A stretch of 64,000 nucleotides of DNA from Macrostomum lignano (taxonomy: Eukaryota): contig NIVC01000417.1 in the NCBI GenBank assembly GCA_002269645.1, positions 67,904 through 131,903 of the forward strand, read 5' to 3'. The notes under the pieces were generated by a model. The model saw only the letters and a list, made by a program, of their open reading frames with translations. It ran no database searches and was not told the DNA's origin. Below, in pieces: positions 23,434 to 35,436 of the stretch; within the stretch, counting starts at the first letter, position 1; each line of letters opens with the position of its first letter. A program made the translations under genes and the position numbers.

Positions 23434-26054
23434 TTTTTTCAATCTTCTTGCTTTCCGCAGGTTGACGAACCGGAGTACGTGGTCGATGACCACAGGCCTT
23501 GTGATCACAAGCTTTTCCAGCAGTGCGCCACCCCCCAGCTACTCCAGCTGGCAGCAAATTCTTTTAAACCGTATAAATCGTCTGGCCCTGACAATATCGC
23601 CCCCTGTATCCTGCAGGAGGCGCTAAAGCTGCAAAACTTTGCTGATTCTTTCTCTAAATTGCTTGTTGACTGTTATACCACAGGTTACATTCCCACAATC
23701 TGGAGAATGTCCAGAGTCGTGTTCATCCCGAAACCTGCTAAGGGTGACTACACCAACGTGAAATCCTTCCGGCCCATCAGCCTCACTTCCTTTTGTGTTA
23801 AGCTGATGGAGAGGCTCATCCTGTGGAGGCTTCGAGAGTGCGACCTGCGCTCCGACCCTGTCAGTAAGTACCAGTACGCCTTCCAGCCTGGGAGGACGAC
23901 TGAGCATGCTCTCCACGCCATTACCTCCAAAATTGAGAGTGCCATCCTTAGCAAACAACTCGCTTGCGGGTTGTTCGTTGACTTCGAAGGAGCATTTGAC
24001 AATGTCCTCTTCCGCTCCTTCAGAAATTCTCTTTCCCGCAGGAATGTAAGACACAGCATTGTTCGCTGGATTTATTTTATGATCCGCAAAAGGTTTGTGA
24101 CATCCACACTTATGGGCGTTACCCTCACCCGGGCGGTGATGAAAGGCGGCCCGCAAGGTGGCGTGCTAACTCCACTTCTCTGGAATCTCGTCATGGACGA
24201 ACTTCTAACCGCTGACATTCCCAGCAGTATCACCAGGGCGGGCTACGCCGATGACGTTGCCGCGGTCGTCAGCGGACCCGACCCCGCCACTCTGCGCAAC
24301 CTGATGCAGCAATTCGCCGACAAGGCGGCCGACTGGGCTACACAGCATGGCCTAAAAATCAGCGTCACTAAGACTGTCGCTGTCGTTTTCACCAAGCGCC
24401 GTAAGTGGGAGATGAAAAACCTCACTGTCTATGGCAGAAACATCCCCTTCAAGAAGGAGGTCAAATACCTCGGTGTGACGCTAACGCATGACCTGCGCTG
24501 GACGAAGCACCTTGATAACGTCATCGGTCGGGCAAAACGCTGCTTTGCCCAGCTGCGCAGAGCCATCGGGCCGACTTGGGGCCTCTCGCCTAGAACGGTC
24601 CGTTGGATTTATACCGGCATCATCCGGCCCAGTATCACATACGCGAGTCTCATCTGGACTAGCGTGCTGGAGCAGAAGGCCGCCCGTCAGCGGCTGAACC
24701 AGCTTCAGGGCAGCATTTGCCGTGCCATCACAGGTGCGTACCCGTCCACCCCTTACGAGGGGCTGAACACTATCCTTAACCTACCTCCGCTTCACCTATT
24801 TATTAGGGCGGAGGCTATGAAGTCTGCCTCCCGGCTTATCAGAGATAAAACGTTAAATAACGCGCCCTCTGGCTTTATGCCAATGAAAACATTAATCCCG
24901 CATATGGACTTTGTCCGCCGCGACCTTAACAACATCCACATGGACCTGGGCAATGTGGATAGTCGACCTCCCGCCCTCAACATCAGGAGGGGCTTCAAGA
25001 CCGCCATCCCTGGCCGAGACAACATTCCGCTGGATGTCGGTGTGAACCGGCGCAGCCAGGGCATTCACTGCTTCACCGACGGCTCGCTGTTCAACGGCCG
25101 CGCTGGAGCGGGTATTGCCATTTTCCACGAGGGTAAGATGCTTCTCCAGGAAAGTCTGCACCTCGGTGAGAACACCTCAGTTTTCCAAGCTGAAATTTGC
25201 GCCATTGAGCAGTGTGCCCAGCAACTGTTTCAGGCGAACATTAATAATTTTGACATTAATTTCTACACTGATAGCCAAGCTGCTATTAAGGCCTTAACCA
25301 CTGAGAATATCTCCGCTGCTACAGTATCTCAATGCCACCGCAGTGTGCAATCTCTCTCAGTCCTTAACAGGATTAGAATTATCTGGACACCTGGTCACAG
25401 CAACATCCTGGGCAACGAGCTCGCGGACTCTCTCGCCAAGGAGGGCAGCAACCCAGACGGCAACCACCGTCTGATGAGGCTACCCACCCCCAGGTCGCAA
25501 GTCACCCGCCATATCAACAGGTGGCTCCATCAGCAGCACCAGCTCCACTGGAACAGCTGCACCGAGTACAGGCAGAGCCGCTCTGCCATGCCTAACCTGA
25601 ACAGGAAAGTCTCTGATTATCTGATTTCGCTTAACAGAACCGACCTCAGGGAGATGTGCATGGTCCTAACCGGCCACGGATTCTTCCAGAGACATATATC
25701 GTTGCAAACCGGTTGCCCTCCCACCTGTCCCTTCTGTGGCATAGGAGAGGAGACCGCGGAGCATCACGTCACCTTCTGCCCTTACTTCAACAAGGCGCGG
25801 CACAAATACCTCGGCCACCCCCAGCGGATGGACGAGCTGACCACCGCGGACAATATCCGAGACCTCCGCGCCTTCGTCCGGGACTCCGGCCGGATGAGGG
25901 TCGCCGATGCCTCCACTGCGGACCTGCCGACTACTGGCGGGGACTGGGCGCACCCCCAAGGCTAATCCTTGTGCTCTTTTACCTTGGGGTTGCGATAGGG
26001 GCCTCGCGGCCTATTCGCGGCGCCTGCGCCCCCCGTCAGTAGTAAATAAGTAAG
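23434..26054 (+). mobile_element. 5'-truncated LINE with RT, RNase H and C-terminal Cys/His motif (LOA/Lian-like)
   Basis: Uninterrupted 828-codon ORF 23479-25965: [34 protein letters not shown], RNase H FTDGS/AE/TDSQAA/GHS..GNELAD, LTGHG, CPFC..ETAEH; short TAAG-type tail; 15-bp TSD TTTTCAATCTTAGAA at 23419-23433 and 26055-26069. No endonuclease domain. Confidence 0.93.
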
Positions 26055-29000
26055 TTTTCAATCTTAGAACCGCACATTTTGCTTCGATGCGCTTTTCCCC
26101 TACTGTCAGTAGGCTAACTTAGGAATTTCTCTCCATTCTCTTCTCATCTAGGCGAAGTTCTATACTAATTTTTGCCATTACTATTAGTTATGTTAGGTAC
26201 TCAATGTACTTCTCTTAGGATTCTAATTTTGGATTGTTTACGCACCTTTGAAGGTCAGACTGTCAGGGTTTGAGATGGATTGACCTCCAACAGTCTAGAC
26301 AGGCGACACTAAGTCTGGGAGGGACGTTTTCAACCTCGTTCTGACCCCCAGATTTGTGGCTTTTTTACTGTTTTCAGTGATTTATGACCGTCTAGCTGTC
26401 ACTTTTGGCTCCAGCCTGTCTGGGTCAAAGAGGTCTTTCCAGCTCTCTCCCCACTCGCTCTGTTGCTTTCTACTTTGATTTATGGGCGTTTTGCTGTCAC
26501 TTTTGGTGCCAGGATGTCTAGACAAGTGACTTTTATTATGTTTTGCTTATGATTTATGACCGCACCTATCAACTTCCCTGGGGTCTGAAGGCCACCTGGT
26601 GGGGTGGGTTTTGGGGTCTTGAGCTCAGCCAATCAGAGTCGACCTGACTGCCCCCGGCTCGACCAATCAGAAAATTTGGCGCCTTACTGAAGAGCGGACC
26701 CTGGTCCTCCTCTTCTGGTCCTGCCTGTAGTGACTCAGACAAAATCGGAGGGTTTGTGAGTGCACGAAGAATCTTAGAAATGGGCCGACTTGCCCTGCAA
26801 GTATATTTATATATGCGAAGAGTAAGTGCGCGTGAGTCTTACGTAATACATTGCAACACGTGACTAACAATATTTGCGCGCCAATATTGTACATCGCACT
26901 GAACTACACTACACTGCCGACCTGATCCCCCTTTCCCCGGCAGTTTCGGCTTCAACAGCTAAGTCCCCCCTGAGAAGCATCATCAATATCTCCCGGCAGT
27001 TATCTAAGAGCAGCAACGACTATCGGCAAGTGAAGAGCAGCGGCGGCAATCGTCAGTCAAGATCAGCAGCAGCATCCCACCTAAGCGCTTCGGTCTCTGT
27101 GGATGCCTTGGCTACCGGCAGATAGGTCCTCTGATTGGTTTGGTGAGAGGCTCTCCTGACCTGCTTAACTGGGTGCACCCTTTGTCTGACCCCTTCCTAG
27201 GTAGTCTGATAGGATTTGCACTTTTGCTTACTTGCTTTTGTGTGCCAATCTCGAGGCAGAAGTGTTAGTTAATATTAAAAGTAGCCATTTGCTCTAACTC
27301 AATCTAAAGTGTTTAGGATTGCGGATTAAGTGAGAAAGTTAAATTTGGAAGTTAAAGACTTAGCGATTTCTTTCTTTTTCGCAATGCCAGCTGAGATGAG
27401 CGGCTAAATCTAGAGGCAGAGGTCACGGTGGACCGGAAGCGGCACAGTTCCCAGTCAATCAGTCAATCTCAGAAATCATTATGTTAAGCATGCAGATTAA
27501 GAGCCAGACTGGCGCTTTGGCGCGGTCACAGGCAGTTAAGCGGCTAAAGTAAGTTAAATATTAGTCTAACGATCTCCGAAAGTGACAATGCAGCTACATC
27601 ATCGCTATCTGTCGAAGTGTTAACACATTTAGTGCCAAAAGCGTGCAGTTACGTGTACTTATACATGTACTTCTGGGAATTTGGTAATGAAATAGTACAT
27701 TTAGTAGTGTATAGAGGCTCGCCAGCGCAAGAACCCCCTGCAGAAGTCCTCTCTGTCCCTGCATGGCCAATGCGATCTAAGTCCCAGCAGCGTCCCTTCT
27801 ATTCGGCTATGACTTCGAGATAGACAGCTAAAAGGCACTAGATGGCAGGTAAGTGCAGTGCCCCTCTAGTCGGAAGTCCGATTTCGATAGCTCCGGTTTG
27901 GTGAACCGGGGCGCACGGACTGGTGGCAGCGGGTTAGTTAATCTGCGGATTAGCTAATCTCTACCTTTCAAATTCTCCCTGCTTGTCTCTCGTTGTCTTC
28001 TCCTAGCTATAGGACCTTGCTGCTCGCCCACAATCTAGCTACCATGGGGCTGATCATCTGACAGGAGTGAGAGGCCAGAGTTCTAAGTGATTCATTTCTG
28101 AATTCTGAGGCTTGAAGCTTATAGGCTTAAAAAGGCCGAACCCATCAATACTCAAAAAAGGATCCGTGAAAACAGATACTCCGATACCCTTTCTGAAAAA
28201 ACTACTGCCGATCTGCTATAGTCCACTATTGACCAAGACTTGAAAGCTCTTACCCAAATACCCAAATTTGAGTATCGGCGATACCCCTTTTATTCCGATA
28301 CTTTATTCCGATCAGGGACTACTGTGTTTGAGTAGTCCCTGATTCCGATATGGGCAATACCCGGTTTTTGCAAACAGAAATGTTTAACGAATATAAATGC
28401 ATATAATTTAAGCTTCTCAGACCAATTCTCCTGGACGTTTAAGGCGAAGAAACCAAGCTTAGAATTGTTTTAAATGATGTAGCTAGCCTTCAGTAAAACA
28501 AGTAAAATAAAATTATCGAATGAAAACCAATCAGTTGCCACTGTAGTCAATCATTATAACTACTTACTATAGCCACTGTAGTCAGTCTTCTTTACGCCTA
28601 TTATTAGTGCTATTATTTAGTATATTGATTGTTTTAGCTAGTAGTGTGGTGCGTGGCCTGCCAGTCTGCGATTGGTGCACCTGTACGCTTAATTAACCTC
28701 AGCCTTGTTCTTTTGGGTTGGGTGCACCTACATATACACATGTAGTCAACTTTAAAGCCTTACCTCTGATTGGACAACACCTCGCCCCTTCCGCGCTCTC
28801 TATACATGTAAACCTACATGCAAATCGCGTCACTTCTCTGCGCTTTACTCAACTTGGCCTCGCCCAAAATAGTGGATTTATTTATTTATTGCTGACTGAT
28901 TGTTTACATGCACGCATCGTTCACTAAATTTTTTGTGTTACTAGTGTAGTACCAGTGTATTTACTATAGTAGAAATCGTAGAATTGATCGGCAATCAGTG

Positions 29001-30605
29001 GCTGACAGTGTTGCAGAAGTTGCAGCATGATATTCGAAAAATAATTGAGTAAATAATATCATCTTAATGATAATTACTAATTATTAACTAATTGATGAAG
29101 TATATATTGCGCAGGCTGTTTTAAAAAGTTCTAAAAACTTGTTTTAAGAAAGAAAATATGTATTATTTTAGCTTCATGACCAAAAAGTGAAATTATTATC
29201 ATAGTTACTTTCTGTAAAAGTACGCAACAAGTTCGCAACTAAAAGTAAGCTCACACACAGAGAGGATGCTGACAGTATCTTATCTTATCTTAGGATAATA
29301 GCTGGCTTTCAGGGCTGATGCTTTCTGCTTTAAGAGCAGTTTCCTTTAGTTTCCTAATAATAGCGAATGTACATGTACAAGGTCAAAGCTACATGTATAA
29401 GAGTAGTTTATTAAAAATTAGTCCTTTAATTGTTGCTCCCAGGGGACGCAGATTGCTGTGTAGTAGCAAAGCTAGAAATCTCAGTTTAGGGCAATAAAAC
29501 TTCCTTTGCGGCTTATGAACATTCATTTAATTAATAATTATTATAACGTATTCATTAATTAGTACCACGTGAATCTGTGATCGACGTCACTGCATCGTAA
29601 AGGACTGACCTGCATGGACCGACTTAGCCCGTAACTGTCAACTGAGAAGAGCAGGAAGCAGAGAGAACTCGAACTCATTTTTTCCCTAAATATAATTGAA
29701 AAGCATTGTCTAGTCTATTAATTAAAACATTTATGCTTAGTGCTAGATAGCTATTTCGAGGACTATCTACAAGACCTGGACTATGGGATTTCGCGAGAAG
29801 CTATTGTGCTCCACCGTAGACGAGCAGCGTGTAGTCGCGTTGAGGCGGCCGACTTTCATTAACAGAACTTTCAGATTGTTCTGTTCAATCATCTACGATA
29901 TTGTCTCGCCTCAATAGCACTCCTGGCATACTTCTCGTGCAGTGAGTTCAATTGTCACCTGCCCCGGCCTCCAACCCCACCGCAGCAGCCTTTTAATTTC
30001 AAATGCAAATCCTCCTATTATAAGTAGCACGTACACGAACACAAAGATATGGGAGTAAAATGCAATTGTCTAATATTAGGACTGGTCACAATTTACAATT
30101 CACAATTCCCAACAGCAAGGTAGTTGATATCAAACTACTACAGTAGCTATTCATTCGGAAAGTAATAATAGCTCTATTAATGTAATCCTTAATGCAACCG
30201 GAAGCAATTGCCGGAAAAAACCAGCCTTTTAATCATGGTCTCAAACCCTGGTTTATTCTGTGGACAGGACGCAAGTACTTCTGGGAAATTCATGAGATGT
30301 ACGCTCGTACAGGTAGGCAGGGAAAGTCAAGCGCAAAAAGTTGCGATCGATGGCTCAGGCCAATGGAAACTAAGGTCCATATAATTCTCAAGACCCTATC
30401 TATGCTTTTCTATACCATGAAATTGCTTTAAAATAGCTTTTTATTGCTTCAGTTGTCATGGCAGCAGAGTGAGGAAGGATTGGCTTAGCAATATTGTCTT
30501 CTGTTTCCGACTCTGGAATATAGTTCGTAGCATTTACAATATCTGAAATAAACTGTGTGTCCGTGAAGCTCAAGCACAAGAACCGCAGTTCGTGTTGAAT
30601 CCCCT

Positions 30606-32797
30606 ATGAAAATGAACGCTGACAACGTGATTTTTCTTCTGCTGGTGTCGTTGCAGAGCATGTCTGCTCAGTCCTTTAACCCCAGCTGTCAGCAGCTGAG
30701 ACTTAATCTGACGAGCATATCCGGCTGCCCAATCGACTCAAACTCGACACAGCTGTCTCTGCAACTGAACAGCGAGAAACAGTGCGCCCTGCTCTGCGCC
30801 AGGAGATCCTGGTGCGCTGCGATGAGCTTCGATACTGATGGTGTCTGCCGACTGTTCACTGCGGAGACGGCGCTGCTAGGCTGGAATGCGTCCTGCACCG
30901 GTGTGCTCTCCGCTCGGGTCTCCACCGATCGACTGGAGAACTACCGAACTGGTGAGATTGGCCACTGTAAAATCAAGTCAGGGTTTCTTGGATGTTTAAA
31001 TGAAGCAGCTTTATTACTAATTAATCTACATCACGCAGAGTACCTGGCAACTCGAAACGTGACTCACAAGCGGTTCCATATTCCGAAAAACTCTGTGAAG
31101 ATCTTCGCCGCCTGGCTGCAGCACCAGCCGGGTAACGCATCGCTCATTAGCTGTGTTGCCAAGTGCAGCGTAGTGCCGGTCTGTCGCGGGATTGTGTTCA
31201 ACTCTAGCAACTGTTCTCTGCTCACCGACTACCCGCTGTGCCGCTGGTTTGAGCAGCCACTAAACAGCTTGGAGTTGGATGTCTATGTGAGTACGCAACT
31301 AAGTGCATTCGGTTTTATTTGCTTGAAAAGATTGAAATTCTCTAATTTGAAGTAACTAACGAGATTTAAGTTTAGTCATTTTTGACGTTTATATTTTTTC
31401 AAAATAAGGAGTTCTACACCGTTGGGACTCAGCAGTGCTTCGAAACTGTCAATCTTCGAGTGTCGGACGCGCTGAGCTTTGACCGGCTGTGGGCCGAGTA
31501 CAAGGCCGGCTTCGGAAATTATCACGACAATTACTTTGCTGGTAAATTTTGATGTACGCTCGTACTGCTGCGCATATAGACATCAAGGACCACTGTACAA
31601 GATGTAAAATTCAAAGATCGTATAATTTTTAGGAGGCCAATTTCCTAGAAAAAATACACCACGGAGAGAGGAAAAATTCAAACAAATTTTTTTCTTGTGT
31701 TCTTTATTAAATCAAGTATATTATAGTTATAAAAAAAAAATTGTTGCTTTCTGGTACTCTTAAGCCTTTATTGTAGGCATAGTTCCATTTAAATGCATTT
31801 TAGTAGCTATTAGATTTAGTTATATAGATTCCTATTACCTGTCTAAGTAATTAAATGTAAACAGTGTTTTATCATTTTTCATATTGTTTTCTTTAGAAAA
31901 CTACCAACTTTAAAGCCAAGGCCTAGCTTAAGGCTAAGAGTACCGGTATGCAACATTAACAATACTTGCTTCAAGAAGGAACCCAAGCAAAACATTCACT
32001 TGTGATCATATTTACAACTTTGGCCCTTATGAAATAAACAGAAAACAATATGAAAATGAAATTTTCACTGCACAACTCTGTAAAATACAACAGGCTAACA
32101 TGATTTGCATGCTAAAAAAAATGGCTATCTTTACTTCCCCAAATCAAATGCAATCATAGATTTTGTGATGAAAAATGATGACTTTTCCTATCTTCGCAGT
32201 GTATTTTTTTCCAGGAAATTAGCCTCCTAAAATACACGATCCATAAGGTTTACGTACTGTTATACTACAATGGTCCTTGATACACGTGTGCTGTGCTATT
32301 TAGAAGAATATTACTGCACAAGAACTGTACCTCGCCAGGTCTGCAGTGGCTTCACAGCCGCACCAGCGCTCAGCCCAGCAGCAACCGGCTCCGCGTCGAC
32401 CTGCTTTACTGGAACGACACCTACATCTACGCCTACTACCTGAACGTTCGAATTGAGTCAGAGAGCACCAACTACACAGTCTCTGCTTACACCTATTCGC
32501 CTGAAGGTGGAAGTCTGAAAAATAACCTGTTCATAGACCTGAATATACAGTTTGTAACTCGAGATCACGGACAAAGTGACTGCCATATTAATTTCGCCAT
32601 CCGTTACGTGCCTCACTGGCATAAATGCTGCCACCGCTCCGGTTCCTTTTGGCCGCTATTTCAACTATCCGACAGCGCTGAACGTGCCAGACAGCTACCG
32701 AGCCCAAGGCATCGTGTGGGTTGGAAATGCTCCAAATAACATCACTGATAGATATTACTACAGCTTCAAGCAGCTGGAGATACTCATGCTAATCTGA
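30606..32797 (+). CDS. Secreted PAN/Apple x2 + fibrinogen C-terminal (FReD) protein, 4 exons, 1-nt frameshift in last exon
   Basis: join(30606-30951,31039-31286,31409-31541,32339-32797), GT-AG with matching phases. Signal peptide; PAN-like CALLCARRSWC..F...C and CVAKCSVVPVC..F...C; FReD FDRLWAEYKAGFG, GLQWLH, LRVDL, then in the +1 frame FGRY...GIVW...YSFKQLE. Confidence 0.85.
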
Positions 32798-33608
32798 ATT
32801 TTTGTCCAAGGGAAATCTCGGTCTGTGAATTAAAAAGTCGACAGTAATGCTTAGAGACATCTATAATTGAGCTATAGCTAGTAGAAAAGACGGCAGTATA
32901 TCAACATGTACTTTAGCTAGTCGTTTTCTGACGTGCCGCAATGCGAGAACAAAGTTGCATCAAAATCAAAATTTAAGACGTTCCGGTCACAAAATCTGCG
33001 CTGTTGATCTCTTAAAAAACTCAAATCCTCTACGTCAATAAAATTTTTTTTAAACTTTGCTAAGTCATTTTTTGTGGTCGTTTTTAACTTTTTTATCCTT
33101 CAATCAGATACTTGAGGAGCTACAGAATGTTTAGTTTTTTTACTCTTAGCTAATGTCAACATCCTATCCAATGCATTGCTAATAGCTGGATATTTAAGTT
33201 CTGTACTTTTTATCTTATCTTTTTTCCTGTAACAAAATCGCAATAGATGACTAAGATTCGGTTAAAAAAATTAATTTCTTTGCCAATCAATATTTTTAAA
33301 TCTATTTTTGTAGAAGCTCTGCCGTGTCGATATGCTTGTACGGTCGAAGATTCTGTGAAACATGCATTCTAGAAACTTGCATGCATGCCTTTTTAATTAC
33401 AATGTTAACTAATATTGCCTCACGTAGTTTCGGAATCTTATACGCTCTCCCCATATACCATATATGGCTATGTTCTAGAAACTTCTATCGCGCATCTTCT
33501 GGAGTCTATAAATAGAAACACCCCACAATGGCAACCATGACTCTTACATTTACTACTGTCAATAATTTGGAATCTCTGCTCACTTTACACATTCATTTAC
33601 ATAAAGAT

Positions 33609-33920
33609 GGTCTGGGGTTGCAGCCTAGTGGCTGAGCGTCGGACTCACGACTGAAAGGTCAGGGGTTCGATTCTCGACCTACTCGGAACAATTTGTGTCC
33701 TTGAGCAAGACACATAACTCTGCATTGCTTCAGTTCACCCAGCTGTAAAATGGGTGCCAGCATTAGCTGGGGTAATTGAGGCTGTGTGTGGCGACCCCCC
33801 AGTCCTTGGACTGAACAGCCGTACGCAGCCTTCAGATGCGCCGCGCAATAGCTGCCGGCTGAGCTGTCGGTTGCACATCTGCCCATTGGGGCAGGTGTAA
33901 TCAAATATTATTATTATTAT
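33609..33920 (+). mobile_element. tRNA-derived SINE, family B, full length
   Basis: A box CAGCCTAGTGG, B box GGTTCGATTC, core GTGTCCTTGAGCAAGACAC...CAGCTGTAAAATGGG, (TTA)n tail, ATAAAGAT direct repeat at 33601-33608 and 33919-33926. Confidence 0.88.
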
Positions 33921-34939
33921 AAAGATTACAGAACTCTTTCAGAATAAAGTTAAGCACTTTAGCACGCGAGTTTAGGTCTTTAGCAAGTTTCTATGGAGCA
34001 CTCATGAATTTACACTGAATCTTAAAGTATTAAAGTTAAAATATTAAACAGCCATTCCGATCTCGTGTGGTAAAAATACGTTGAACTCTTAGCCAAAAAA
34101 GCGACTGCCCAAAGCAGAGAAATGAAGTTGTCAAACAGGCGCAAACCAAGGCAAGTCGCTTCAAATCTTTAGAAGACACTTAACTCTTTTTGACTCTCTT
34201 CAGAAGCAGCATCTGCTTTTGTTTCCCTCTATTTTTTTCATGATCAACCAACCGGAACATGCAAGCAACCAAAAGCAGGCTTAAGCAGACCAACAGCAAC
34301 TGTATGCAGACCAGGTGCTATAGTAAATACGGGGGGAGAGACTGACGGGAAGGCAGTCTTAAACCACTACCTTAGCTGCTACCTTAGAGTTGCGTAGTTA
34401 AAGTGCGACAAGCCAGCAAGGTGCATTTCTTCAAATTGGCAAATGCATCAAACCATTGAAAATGAACTATTACAAGCCTTTCATCATGTATTAAATATCA
34501 ATCAGGCAATAAAGTTTCATATTTAAGCGCACTTAATCAGCAGTTCATACTTATATTTATAACAATTATTTTTCGAATTTGATACAAAATGTAAAATAAA
34601 AAGAGGTAAAATTGCGTTCTTACGTCTAAAAAAGTAATAAAGAACTTCAGACGGGAGAAAATTACCAGTATAATTACTCGTAAGTACGTACGTAAGTACG
34701 CATGTACAAAGTGCCTAATAAATGAGACAAGTAACTGACAACTATGAAAGCTAGCTATTGCTTTTCCCAACGTAATTTTAGGTTTGTATACAATCCAATT
34801 TAGTTTTTAGTCTAAGACGTCTCGGAAGATCCACTCCTTCTCACGCAGATCAGACCACATGCAGAAGCGGACGATTAGTTCCCTTGGTATATTTGACTAA
34901 GCATGATGTACATGTAGGGTTGTGTTAGATTAGAATATC

Positions 34940-35242
34940 GATAAATGTCTGTGGTCACCACCTGCCAATAAATGTCTGTGGTCACCACCTGCCAATAAAT
35001 GTCTGTGCTCACCACCTGCCAATAAATGTCTGTGGTCACCACCTGTAAATAAATGTCTGTGGTCACCACCTGCCAATAAATGTCTGTGGTCACCACCTGC
35101 CAATAAATGTCTGTGGTCACCACCTGCCAATAAATGTCTGTGGTCACCACCTGCCAATAAATGTCTGTGGTCACCACCTGCCAATAAATGTCTGTGGTCA
35201 CCATCTGCCAATAAATGTCTGTGGTCACCACCTGGCAATAAA
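34940..35242. repeat. 27-bp minisatellite AATAAATGTCTGTGGTCACCACCTGCC, ~11 copies
   Basis: Direct reading; produces the (VVTTDIYWQ)n ORF. Confidence 0.96.
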
Positions 35243-35246
35243 TGCT

Positions 35247-35436
<190 letters not shown>

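Noticed and set aside
23450-23480. Possible splice acceptor (TTTCCGCAG) in frame with the LINE ORF, suggesting exonisation
   Set aside because: The frame stays open upstream through the site and it lies within the insertion; no upstream exon or expression evidence.
26100-27800. GC-richer region with CCAAT boxes and short internal repeats (LTR or promoter?)
   Set aside because: No second copy, TG..CA ends, TSD or associated ORF found.
27835-27873. Two CTCF-like motifs (GCACTAGATGGCAG and an opposite-strand near match)
   Set aside because: Second match is poor, short motifs arise by chance, and CTCF presence in this lineage is unknown to me; it also overlaps a CAG/GTAAGT donor-like site with no supportable exon.
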